Source of the DNA: an uncultured Pseudomonadota bacterium
GTDB taxonomy: Bacteria; Myxococcota_A; Polyangia; Nannocystales; Nannocystaceae
Reading direction: 5' to 3'
Length of the DNA stretch: 64,000 nt
NCBI GenBank assembly: GCA_913061055.1
Contig: CAJXVA010000004.1
Coordinates: 505 to 64,504 of the forward strand
Each line of letters begins with the position of its first letter. The stretch's first letter is position 1. This document shows positions 17,827 through 27,038 of this stretch, piece by piece. The notes under the pieces are model-generated. The model searched no databases and was not told the origin of the DNA. It was given only the letters and a program-made list of their open reading frames with translations. The position numbers and the translations under genes were made by a program.

Positions 17827-19995
17827 GTGCGGTGGGTTCTTCATCTCGCGCTGTCGATGATGCTTGGCGGTGGTTGCACCAGCGCACCGCCCCGCGAGGC
17901 CCAACCGCCCGCGGGCCAGCTGCAAGGACAGCCGGACGCTGCGGGCCCACCGCTCGACAGACGGGCCTTCGAGGAACGTGAAGACCGAGATGCGATTCTC
18001 AAGCTGTACGCACTCGCCGGGTTTCCGTCCGTGACGGGCCTCCAGCTTCAACAACGCAGTGTGTCGGTGGGAGGAGGAACGCTGTGCACCATCGGCTTCA
18101 CAATGCTCCAGGAAGATCACCAAGTCTTCTTGGACATCGATCTCGGCACCTCACACGGCGAACACCCCATCCACAACGTCCCGCTCGCCTACCGGAACAT
18201 GGCTGCAAACCACCCCGGGATTCGGGTCGCGCGGGGCCATCGCCGCCGAACGGTTCGGGACCACGCGGGTCCCACCGGGGGGTCGATGCGCCCACTTCCC
18301 GCGACAGTCCTTCTCCAGGGCGGGTTGGAAGATCCCGAGTCGGACTCGTGTCTGCAAAGCCCGCGTTCCACCCATCTGCGCTCCCTGACGCTGGCGGTCT
18401 GGGCCCAACAGCAGGGACTTCCTGCGCGGCCTCTCCGACCGGGCTCGGTGCAGGACTATCGCACTGCGCTGTGTAGGACCCTCAAAGATGAGATCAGCAC
18501 AGGGCTCGGGCAATGGCAGTCGCGCTCAGAGCTCGAGCGACTTCTGCATCGTGCCGAAGCCACCTGCACGGCCTCGGATCGAATCCAGGTGCAGGCGCAA
18601 CTCGCCGGTCTGCATCCACACGGTGTGCTGGAGTCCGAGCTCGCAGACTGGGCTCCGTATTTCACACCGGAGCGGTTCCGGAATGTCCACTGGCGCGTCA
18701 GCGATCCTCGTCCTCGCATCCTTGCGCAAGGTGACTTGCGAATCCCAGAGTTGCTCGAGCTCGCCGACAGCCCTGTGATCGGCCGGAGCCATATGACCGT
18801 CGGAGAGCTCGCCCGGCAGCTGCTCAACGACCACGCACTCCGAGCGCTCGAGGACAGCGCGGCGGCCCGGGCGTGGTGGGACGAAGCGAAGTCGCAAACC
18901 GCCGACGAGCGGCTCCAACACGCGTTGTGGCATCCAGATGCGCTGATTGACCGAGTGGCGAGCCGGTTGGTCGCTCGCTACGGGTGGGGCGTGGTCGACC
19001 GGAGGTGGCCGCTCGGGTTTGGCCCATCTTTGGCATCACACCTCCTCTCGTCCACAACACCCGGGACCCGGGGACAACGCCGTCACCTGACACGACGGCT
19101 ATTTCGCGGCAAACCGGTCCCGGCTGCGGTCTTCGAGCTGGATCAGCAGCTTGCCCTGAATCTTCTTGCTCGGCGTCACGACCCCGAAGAGGAGATTCGG
19201 TTCGCGCGCGTCATCATCGAGGCCCGACACCCCGCGGGCCTACGACAGCTGGCATCTCAGATTTCAGATCCAACCATCTCATTCGATTCGTGGGTCACAC
19301 GGTCCCTGTGCGATGTTCCGGACTGCCCCCAGCAACTAAGGGCGGCGCTCCTCGCCCGACTGCGGCACGACCTCGCGTCTGTGCCCGCTGACGGCTGGGA
19401 CAGGGGCGAACTCTTCAGTACGCTCGGGAAGTTGCTTGGCGTCCCCGCGGACGTGTTCAAGAACGACCACCCGGTGATCGACCGGCGGAACCAGGTCGAC
19501 GCAGCACTGCGACGAGCGGGACTCGATCCGCTTCAGACGCCACTGCGACGGACCCCCATCGGGGAGAGAAACGCGCTCGCAGGATTCCGCGCCACCGGAC
19601 CGCCCTCACCCGCGCTAAAGAGCGCCGCGGCGTGGCTGGGAGAGCGACTCGGAAGACCGATCGAAAACCCCTACCTCTTCATGTGGGAGTTTTGGGCCGC
19701 GATGGCGACCGAGCACGAAGTGGCGTGGCAGCTGCGCATCGCACGGTCTCGCAAGGAGGGCCTCATCGTGGATGTCTCGGACCAACCAGAGGAAGCACAT
19801 GGGATCGCACTCAGGGACGGCAAGAGCTTCGCGCACCGTCCCGAGCCCTGGACCAAGCCGCTCAGCATCCACCAGCTCACGGACAGCTTCGGGCTGGATT
19901 GGTCAGCACCGCAGGCCGAGCCGTGGATCGAACTGACCTTTGTCTTCTCGCTGCCTCTGCGCGCTCGGATCACTCGCACACCGTCGGATGGGTGA
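17827..19995 (+). CDS. hypothetical protein (orphan, about 722 aa), possible lipoprotein
   Basis: Only long ORF in this 2.2 kb. GTG at 17827 gives VRWVLHLALSMMLGGGC. Arg/His/Gln-rich, mostly helical-looking, no recognisable motif. More A/T-ending codons than its neighbours. Confidence 0.55.
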   Translation: MRWVLHLALSMMLGGGCTSAPPREAQPPAGQLQGQPDAAGPPLDRRAFEEREDRDAILKLYALAGFPSVTGLQLQQRSVSVGGGTLCTIGFTMLQEDHQVFLDIDLGTSHGEHPIHNVPLAYRNMAANHPGIRVARGHRRRTVRDHAGPTGGSMRPLPATVLLQGGLEDPESDSCLQSPRSTHLRSLTLAVWAQQQGLPARPLRPGSVQDYRTALCRTLKDEISTGLGQWQSRSELERLLHRAEATCTASDRIQVQAQLAGLHPHGVLESELADWAPYFTPERFRNVHWRVSDPRPRILAQGDLRIPELLELADSPVIGRSHMTVGELARQLLNDHALRALEDSAAARAWWDEAKSQTADERLQHALWHPDALIDRVASRLVARYGWGVVDRRWPLGFGPSLASHLLSSTTPGTRGQRRHLTRRLFRGKPVPAAVFELDQQLALNLLARRHDPEEEIRFARVIIEARHPAGLRQLASQISDPTISFDSWVTRSLCDVPDCPQQLRAALLARLRHDLASVPADGWDRGELFSTLGKLLGVPADVFKNDHPVIDRRNQVDAALRRAGLDPLQTPLRRTPIGERNALAGFRATGPPSPALKSAAAWLGERLGRPIENPYLFMWEFWAAMATEHEVAWQLRIARSRKEGLIVDVSDQPEEAHGIALRDGKSFAHRPEPWTKPLSIHQLTDSFGLDWSAPQAEPWIELTFVFSLPLRARITRTPSDG

Positions 19996-20938
19996 TCCAC
20001 CGGTCGGTCCCGACGCCCTCGGCATCACAGCCGTCGGTGAGTACGATGTCCAGGAGTCCATCCCCATCCAGGTCCATCGTGGTGTAGCGAAGCTGCTCCT
20101 TGTTTGTGCAGCCCCAGTTGTCGCCGACCAGCTGCATCGGGTCCGACACGTCCAGCGGTAGCGCGCTCAAATCAGGAAGCGTCCACGTCGTCGCCGCACC
20201 AAACCCACCATCTTCGCCGGGGTGCACGATCCATCGTTCCGTCCCAACTCCGTCCGCGTCGCAGCCGTCGGTGATCACGAAGTCCACCCGTCCGTCGCCC
20301 GTCAGCTCCATCAGCGTGTAGCGAAGCTGCTCCTCGTTGGTGCAGCCCCAGTTGTCACCGACCAGCTGCATCGGGTCTGAGACATCCAGCGGCAGCGCGC
20401 TCAGGTCCGGCAATGCCCATGTTGTCGCCGCGCCAAACCCATCGTCTTCACCCGGGTGCACGATCCATCGCTCCGTGCCCACGCCGTTCGCGTCGCACCC
20501 GTCGGTGAGCACCACGTCCAGCTGCCCATCCCCGGTCAGGTCCATCGTTGTGTAGCGGAGCTGTTCCTTGTTCGTGCAGCCCCAGTTGTCCCCGACCAAC
20601 TGCATCGGGTCCGACACGTCCAGCGGCAGTGCGCTCAGGTCCGGCAATGCCCAAACCGACGCATCCGGGTCGAAGCCGATGCCCTCGCATGATGGCTCCT
20701 CACCGGTCTCTCCGGTCGTCTCTGTCTCGCCCGTGGTCTCGCCGGGACCCGTCGTGGGGTCGGTCGATCCGGGTCCCGTCGTGGATGCGCTGGTCTCGTT
20801 CGAGTCGGACGAAGCGACGCCGGTTGAGCCCGTGCTTTCCTCCGCGCTCGAGCCGTCTGTGTCCTCGGCGGCGGTGTCATCGCCGCCACAGGCCCCAAGG
20901 ACGATCAGGATCGAGGCAATCGAAGCTAGGCGAATCAT
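19970..20938 (-). CDS. lipoprotein with three FG-GAP/VCBS-like 78-aa tandem repeats
   Basis: MIRLASIASILIVLGAC lipobox and a Thr/Gly/Glu linker. Three repeats, each with DLTGDGxLDxV (DxDxDG-like) and two Cys. Confidence 0.8.
   Translation of the reverse strand: MIRLASIASILIVLGACGGDDTAAEDTDGSSAEESTGSTGVASSDSNETSASTTGPGSTDPTTGPGETTGETETTGETGEEPSCEGIGFDPDASVWALPDLSALPLDVSDPMQLVGDNWGCTNKEQLRYTTMDLTGDGQLDVVLTDGCDANGVGTERWIVHPGEDDGFGAATTWALPDLSALPLDVSDPMQLVGDNWGCTNEEQLRYTLMELTGDGRVDFVITDGCDADGVGTERWIVHPGEDGGFGAATTWTLPDLSALPLDVSDPMQLVGDNWGCTNKEQLRYTTMDLDGDGLLDIVLTDGCDAEGVGTDRWITHPTVCE
19973..20650 (-). repeat. 3 x 234-bp coding tandem repeat (third copy truncated at the stop)
   Basis: The gtgtagcg landmark recurs at 20082, 20316 and 20550 (period 234). 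Protein repeats start with [AT]LPDLSALPLDVSDPMQLVGDNWGCTN. Confidence 0.9.
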
Positions 20939-21266
20939 GACCCCACTGACGGCGAACTGCCCTCCTGGTTGCGCCGCCTATTCTCCCTCTTGAAGCCGTT
21001 GTATCGGCGCGCCAGGGGCATTTAGCGCGTGAATGCCCCGTTATTCGCGGCTTCCTTGGTGACGCAAAGCCAGGATCGTGATCGGGTAGCAACACCCTCC
21101 TCACTCCCGTACTTCGTGGATTGGCGCATAAACACCATAGATCACAGTTTTTTTAATTGTTTTGACACCAATCTGCTGGCTGATACTTCTAAATCAAGGC
21201 TCAGGCCCGGATATTAACTACAGTGAATCACTGAGTAATATCGCCGCTCCCAACAATCCACGGTGC

Positions 21267-21992
21267 ATGATGCTGAATTCGATGCGGACCCAAGACGTGC
21301 TGCCCACCAACCTCCAGGACCCCCTCGAGATCCTGCGTTGGGCGGGACGCGGGTTCCCGCAGGGCCTGGTCCTCGCCAGCGCCCTGGGACCGCAGTCGAT
21401 CGTCGCGCTCGACCTCGCTGTCAAGGCGGGACTCGACCTCGACGTGGTCCTGCTCGATACGGGCCTGCTCTTCGATGAAACGTTGGAGTTGGCCACCCGG
21501 CTCGAAACACGACTTGGGGTGAGCATCCAGCGACTCAAGCCCGCACTCACGCTCGACGAGCAGGCCGAGGCGCTCGGAGAGGACCTCTGGGAAACCGACC
21601 CGGCCCAGTGCTGCGAGATCCGCAAGGTCAAGCCGCTGGCCAATCGGCTGGCCGATGCGAGCGCATGGATCACAGGTCTGCGTCGCACCGGTTCGCTCGT
21701 CCGCGCAGAGGTCGAAAGCGTCGAGTGGGACGCGGTTCACGGGCTGGTCAAGATCAACCCCCTGGCGTGGTGGCCTCGAGCCCGCGTGTTCGAGCACCTG
21801 CACAGCCACAACCTCCCCTACAACCCGCTGCTCGACGATGGATATGCCAGCGTGGGTTGCCGTCCCTGTACCTCTCGAGTCCGCCCCGGCGAGGACGAAC
21901 GCGCTGGTCGATGGCGCGGACGTGGAAAGACCGAATGCGGCATCCACCATCGGCTCGCTGCGGCGCAGCCTCAGGAGGAAGCGGCGCAATGA
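21267..21992 (+). CDS. cysH: adenylyl-sulfate (APS)/PAPS reductase, Fe-S type
   Basis: DTGLLFDET, KINPLAWW and ECGIH motifs. The CC (CCEIRKVKPL) plus CxxC (GCRPCT) cysteines indicate the Fe-S cluster APS-reductase subtype. Confidence 0.85.
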   Translation: MMLNSMRTQDVLPTNLQDPLEILRWAGRGFPQGLVLASALGPQSIVALDLAVKAGLDLDVVLLDTGLLFDETLELATRLETRLGVSIQRLKPALTLDEQAEALGEDLWETDPAQCCEIRKVKPLANRLADASAWITGLRRTGSLVRAEVESVEWDAVHGLVKINPLAWWPRARVFEHLHSHNLPYNPLLDDGYASVGCRPCTSRVRPGEDERAGRWRGRGKTECGIHHRLAAAQPQEEAAQ

Positions 21993-23458
21993 GCAACATC
22001 TCCGACGAAGCGCGGATGATGATCGCGGTTCGGCCCCAAGGTGCCGCACTCGTGATCGGTCGCGGTCGCGAACTTCTGGCGCGTGTCCGCTACCTGGCTC
22101 GCAGCAAGACGCCGATGCGCGTGTGGACGGACGCCGAGCACCTGGCCAAGATTCGAGAGATCCCGGAACTGCTCGAGTTCGTCGGTCCTCTCCACCAATC
22201 GGCCGACGCTTCCAGCCTGCGCGACTCTGGGAGCCAGTTCCACCTCGAACTCGGCACACCTGAGCCGTTCGACATCGAGGCGTTCTCGCTGGTGTTTCTG
22301 TGTGACCTCAGCGAAACGCTGGCTGTCCGCTGGTACGATCACGCCCACGCCCACGGCAAGCTGGTGAACGACGCCGACGTCCCACACAGGTGTGACTTCG
22401 ATGTCCCCGCGCTGCACTGCGACGGGCCTGTACGCGTCGCGATCTCGACCGCAGGCCAAGGGCCCGGCATGGCCGGTCGGCTCCGCAAGGAGATCGCGCT
22501 CGCACTCCCCCGCAACACCGGCGAAGCGGTTCGGCGCTTCGGCGCGCTGCGGACCTGGAACAAGACGCCGTGGGGCCGCCCGCGTCTGCGGCGTCTCGCG
22601 AAACAGGCCTCGATCTCCGAGCTCGCCAACCTCGACACCGGCGATGAACTCCGCGCCCGCCGGGTCCTATCCCAAGCGGACAAGGGCGGACGTGTCGTGC
22701 TGATCGGTGCCGGCCCCGGCGACCCCGAGATGCTCACCCTTGGAGCCCTGCGATGGCTCTCACGAGCCGACCTCATCGTCGCCGATCGGCTTGTCGCCAA
22801 GGCCATGATGGACGGGCTCGCAGACCTCACGAGCGCCGAGTGGAAGGTCGTCAACAAGCCACGCGGAGGCGCGACCGCCGGTCAGCGAGAGCTCGAAGAA
22901 TGGACCGCTGAGGCCGCCCTGCAGGGCAAGGTCGTCGTCCGCCTCAAGAGCGGAGATTGCGGTTTCTTCGCCCGGACCGGGGAGGAGCTTCAGTGCTACC
23001 GCGCCCAAGGCATCGAGGTCGAGGTCGTTCCAGGCGTGAGCGCGATTCATGCATCGTCTGCAGCAGCCCAGATCCCGCTGACCTGGCGTGGATTCGCCGA
23101 CCGCGTTCACGTGGTGACCGCCGTGGGACGCGACGACAGTGAGCCCACCGCGCCCGCGTACGATCCGCAGACAACGCTCGTGGTGTTGATGGGTATCAAG
23201 GTCCTGCCTCAGCTCGTGCAACGGCTCATTGCGTCGGGACACCCACCGGACATTTCGGCGGCAGTGGTGGAGAAGGCTTCATCCGCCCAGGAGCGAGTCT
23301 TCACGGCCACGCTCCGGGAGCTGCCGAACATCGTGCAAAGACACGGCGTCACAGCCCCCGCAACGATTGTCATTGGCCACGTCGTCGCCGAGGCCACTCG
23401 AACCCCGGTCGCGGCAACGGCCACGTCCGCAACTTCCAAAGCCCCAGCGCTCGCGTAG
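21989..23458 (+). CDS. cysG: siroheme synthase (precorrin-2 dehydrogenase/ferrochelatase-like N-domain plus uroporphyrinogen-III C-methyltransferase)
   Basis: ATG 21989 overlaps the cysH TGA (ATGA), with AGGAGGA 10 nt upstream. C-terminal VVLIGAGPGDPEMLTLGALRWLSRADLIVADRL SUMT signature. Confidence 0.75.
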   Translation: MSNISDEARMMIAVRPQGAALVIGRGRELLARVRYLARSKTPMRVWTDAEHLAKIREIPELLEFVGPLHQSADASSLRDSGSQFHLELGTPEPFDIEAFSLVFLCDLSETLAVRWYDHAHAHGKLVNDADVPHRCDFDVPALHCDGPVRVAISTAGQGPGMAGRLRKEIALALPRNTGEAVRRFGALRTWNKTPWGRPRLRRLAKQASISELANLDTGDELRARRVLSQADKGGRVVLIGAGPGDPEMLTLGALRWLSRADLIVADRLVAKAMMDGLADLTSAEWKVVNKPRGGATAGQRELEEWTAEAALQGKVVVRLKSGDCGFFARTGEELQCYRAQGIEVEVVPGVSAIHASSAAAQIPLTWRGFADRVHVVTAVGRDDSEPTAPAYDPQTTLVVLMGIKVLPQLVQRLIASGHPPDISAAVVEKASSAQERVFTATLRELPNIVQRHGVTAPATIVIGHVVAEATRTPVAATATSATSKAPALA

Positions 23459-23497
23459 CCGCCCGCGCCGTCGCGGCACCAGGCATACTGGGGCAGG

Positions 23498-26443
23498 ATG
23501 GGTGCGACGGACGAGACGCTTCCGCAGGTCGAGACGGCGACCGGGCCGCGTCTCGGCCCCGGGCAGCTGTTCGGTCGTTACCTGATCGTGCAACGCGTGG
23601 GTGCCGGCGGTGTCGGCGAGGTCTACTCCGCCTACGACCCCGCGCTCGACCGACGCGTCGCGCTCAAGGTGTTGCGGAGCAGCCCAGACGAAGACGCGAC
23701 CACGGCCTCCGATCGCCAGGCCAGCCTCGTCCGCGAGGCGAAGGCACTCGCCAGCCTTTCCCACCCCAACGTGGTCACCGTTCACGATGTGGGACGCGAG
23801 CTGGAGCGTACGTACATCGCCATGGAGCTCGTCGAAGGACGGGACCTCAAAGAGTGGATCCTCGAGAAGCCGAGCCGGCCGTGGAAAGAAACACTCGAGA
23901 TGTTCATCGACGCGGGCAAGGGTCTGCACGCCGCCCACGTCAAAGGCATCCTCCACCGCGACTTCAAGCCCGCCAACGTCCTCGTAGGACACGACGAGTG
24001 GGTCCGCGTCTCGGACTTTGGCCTCGCCCGGCTGCTCTCTCCCACCGAGGTCACGGCCAGCGATACCCATACCGAAGAGCAGTCGATCGATGCGTCCGTC
24101 AGCATCGAAGGCCGCATGGTCGGGACCCCGTACTACATGGCGCCCGAGCAGATCGACGGTGAGACGACGGTCTGCAGTGACGTCTACGCGTTCTGCCTGG
24201 CGCTTCACGACGCCCTGTATGGCGTCCGAGGTTTCGAAGGCGCGACGCTGATGGAGCTGGCGGTCCGCAAGGCACAGGGCCCGCCCCCGACCCCAAGCGA
24301 CACGCGAGGAGTGCCCTCCGCCATCCGCTCTGCGCTCGAACGCGGACTCCAGCCCGCGCCTGAAGCACGGTGGCCGTCGATGGCCCCACTGCTGCGCGCC
24401 CTCGAACGCGCCCTCAAGCCCCGCTCGAGAACGACCCTTCCGTGGTTGCTGGGCATTGGTGGCGTTGTACTCACGGCGGCTGCGATGGCCCCCGGGGACA
24501 CCAACGCTTGCTCAGGCGCGAGCGCAGCCCTGAGCCCGGTCTGGAACGAGCCTCAAGCAGCATCCGTCACCGCAGGCATCGAGGCGACCGAGTCTCCACT
24601 CGCCGAGCGAGCATCTCGCCATGCAACTGCCGAGCTCGAGCAGTATGCGGAGGCGTGGGAGACTGCCCATACGCGTGTTTGCGAGGCCACCCAACGAGGG
24701 GAGCAATCCAGCACCCTGCTCGACCAGCGAATGACGTGTCTGCAACGACAGCTCCTGGACTTCGGCGCGGCGACCGAAGTCCTTTCGAGCGCCGATGCGA
24801 CCGTCGTCGAACGAACGTCACAGATCCTCGAAGCTCTGCCTCGACCGGTGCGGTGCGAGACGCTCTCCGCCGACCCCGAAGCGCGAGAGACGTCCCCCGA
24901 AGCAGATGCCGCCCGGGCCGAGCTCGCCCAGATCAACGCCCGCGTCGCAGCAGGGCTCTATCCGGCGGCAGACGAACGCTCCGCAGCGCTCTTCGATGCC
25001 ACCGCAACGCTCGATGCGCCTCGACTTCGCGCGGACGTCCTGTACACCCGGGGGGACGTGCTCCTGAAGATGGGGAAGATCGAGGACTCGGTCGCCATGC
25101 TCGAGCAAGCCGCGTTCTCGGCCCTGGAGTCTGGATACGCGCTCGGCCAGATGCGCGCCAGCACGTTGCTGGTGACCGCAGAGGGCCGACGTGCCGCCCG
25201 CCCCGAGGCCGGCCTTCGATGGGCCCGGTTCGCCGAGGCCGCGTTGCTCAGCGCCGGCGAAGGCCCCCTTGCACGCTCGAAGATCGCCTCGAATCTCGCG
25301 TCCGTGTACTCGGAGAAGGGGGACCACGATGCAGCGCAGAGCCAGCTCCGCCTCGCGCTCGAGCTGCTCGAGGGCACCAGCGCCTCCCCGCAGCGCCGTG
25401 CCGGTTTGCTCGACAACCTCGGGATCACAGCGCGTGTCCTGGGTCGGTTCGACGAAGCCGTCGCGCTCCACGAAGAAGCCCTCGCGCTATGCGAAGCCGT
25501 GCTGGGCCCTCAGCACCCTTTGCTCGCGCGCTCCTTGACGAACACCGCCGCCGCGTACATCGAGTTGGCCGACTTCGAAAAGGCTGACGCCCGCTACGCG
25601 CGAGCGCTGAAGATCCGCGAACACGTCCTGGGCCCCAACCACCTCGACGTCGCCACAACGGTGATGAACATCGGCGTGTCCTACTACCGCCGCGGTCGAC
25701 TGAAGACCGCCCTGCCCTACTTCGAACGCTCTTTGAAGATTCGACAGGCCGCCCTCCCCGAGGGACACCCGCGGGTGCTGCGGTCCATGGGAAACCTCGC
25801 CCAGCTGTACTCCGAGGCCGGCGACCACGACGCTGCCGGGGCGCTCTTCGAGGACGTGCTGCGACAGCTGGAGGCGCGCCCAGACCACGACCCTGCGACC
25901 CGGGCCACGAACCTGGCCAACCTCGCGGGCCTGCGAGTGGCCCAAGGGCGATTGGACGATGCCGTCGCACTGTACGAGTCCTCGCTCGAGATCGACGAAG
26001 CCCAGCTCGGTCCCGATCACCCCAACGTTGCGATGACCTTGAGCAACCTCGGGAATGTCTTCGAAGGTCTCGAGCGCTTTGACGAAGCCCTGGCCGCGCA
26101 GCAGCGTGCGCTGAAGATCCGCGAGGCAAAACTCGGCCCGGAGCATCCCGATCTGATCTGGACGCTGGCTGGCCTCAGTGGCGTGCATCAGGCCTCCGGA
26201 GAGCCGAGGCTGGCCGTCCCACTGCTCGAGCGGGCCCTGCTCATCGCGGAGAAGAACGACCCCGATCCCACGTTGGTGGCGGGGGTCAAGTTCGAGCTCG
26301 CCCAAGCCCTCGATGCGACCGATGGTGACCGAGCCCGAGCACTCGCTCTGGGAGAGGACGCCCTCGCGGTCTACCGAACCACGAAAGGCCGGGAGGACGA
26401 CCTCGCGAACATCGAAGCCTTCGTCACGGACCTGAAGAACTAG
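23498..26443 (+). CDS. Ser/Thr protein kinase with TM segment and TPR repeats
   Basis: GAGGVGEVY, ALK, HRDFKPANVL, DFG and APE kinase motifs. One TM helix (LPWLLGIGGVVLTAAAMA). About 600 aa of TPR-like repeats (NLGxVY.., A...ALxI). Confidence 0.9.
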   Translation: MGATDETLPQVETATGPRLGPGQLFGRYLIVQRVGAGGVGEVYSAYDPALDRRVALKVLRSSPDEDATTASDRQASLVREAKALASLSHPNVVTVHDVGRELERTYIAMELVEGRDLKEWILEKPSRPWKETLEMFIDAGKGLHAAHVKGILHRDFKPANVLVGHDEWVRVSDFGLARLLSPTEVTASDTHTEEQSIDASVSIEGRMVGTPYYMAPEQIDGETTVCSDVYAFCLALHDALYGVRGFEGATLMELAVRKAQGPPPTPSDTRGVPSAIRSALERGLQPAPEARWPSMAPLLRALERALKPRSRTTLPWLLGIGGVVLTAAAMAPGDTNACSGASAALSPVWNEPQAASVTAGIEATESPLAERASRHATAELEQYAEAWETAHTRVCEATQRGEQSSTLLDQRMTCLQRQLLDFGAATEVLSSADATVVERTSQILEALPRPVRCETLSADPEARETSPEADAARAELAQINARVAAGLYPAADERSAALFDATATLDAPRLRADVLYTRGDVLLKMGKIEDSVAMLEQAAFSALESGYALGQMRASTLLVTAEGRRAARPEAGLRWARFAEAALLSAGEGPLARSKIASNLASVYSEKGDHDAAQSQLRLALELLEGTSASPQRRAGLLDNLGITARVLGRFDEAVALHEEALALCEAVLGPQHPLLARSLTNTAAAYIELADFEKADARYARALKIREHVLGPNHLDVATTVMNIGVSYYRRGRLKTALPYFERSLKIRQAALPEGHPRVLRSMGNLAQLYSEAGDHDAAGALFEDVLRQLEARPDHDPATRATNLANLAGLRVAQGRLDDAVALYESSLEIDEAQLGPDHPNVAMTLSNLGNVFEGLERFDEALAAQQRALKIREAKLGPEHPDLIWTLAGLSGVHQASGEPRLAVPLLERALLIAEKNDPDPTLVAGVKFELAQALDATDGDRARALALGEDALAVYRTTKGREDDLANIEAFVTDLKN

Positions 26444-26882
26444 CGGCAGTCGACTTCGGAAACCGCCGAGCTCCGAGACCGGCTCCCCATGTTGCGACGT
26501 CGAACGTGATGCGCTGCCCGACGGCGTAGTCCTTCCAGCGCTCGACGGTCATTGTGCTCTGCGGTCCGTCCGGAGCGATCGCCGCTTGCTCCGCGGCGTC
26601 CAGCGCCGACCAATACACCTTGTGAACCCGAACTCGGAACTCTCCTGGTTCGTGGTCTGCTTCGTGCGGCGAGCCCGAGATGCCTTCGTGCGCGACCCGA
26701 ACCTCGACGTTGTAGGTGTAGCGGCCCTGCGCCTTGTTGATGTTCTGGAAGTGGATCGTATCGATGGTTCCTTCCAGCGACATGGACTCGGCATCCGGGC
26801 TCCCGAAGACCGGCACGACCGCGGCCATCGAGCTCGATCCGCACCCAACCAGGCTCGCCATCAGCACGAGCAGCCGCTTCAT
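26424..26882 (-). CDS. small lipoprotein, unknown function
   Basis: MKRLLVLMASLVGC lipobox, 152 aa. The 3' end overlaps the kinase 3' end by 20 bp (convergent). Confidence 0.6.
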   Translation of the reverse strand: MKRLLVLMASLVGCGSSSMAAVVPVFGSPDAESMSLEGTIDTIHFQNINKAQGRYTYNVEVRVAHEGISGSPHEADHEPGEFRVRVHKVYWSALDAAEQAAIAPDGPQSTMTVERWKDYAVGQRITFDVATWGAGLGARRFPKSTAASSSGP

Positions 26883-27038
26883 CGCGCCGACCCCGTCCGA
26901 GACACGATCGAAACGAGGACCCGAGGCCTCAGCATCCCCAGCCGGTCTGCGTGCTTCGGGGTCGTCACGAGGCGTTCCACCCCACCCAGACTAGCAAACA
27001 CCCAGCGGTCTTCCCTCCGGAAACTCCAAGGCGTAAGG

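Noticed and set aside
19973-20650. Possible CRISPR or mobile repeat, given the regular 234-bp periodicity. Also applies to the 15-bp repeat at 7652.
   Set aside because: The repeats are contiguous with no unique spacers. They are in frame inside lipoprotein genes and encode protein repeats.
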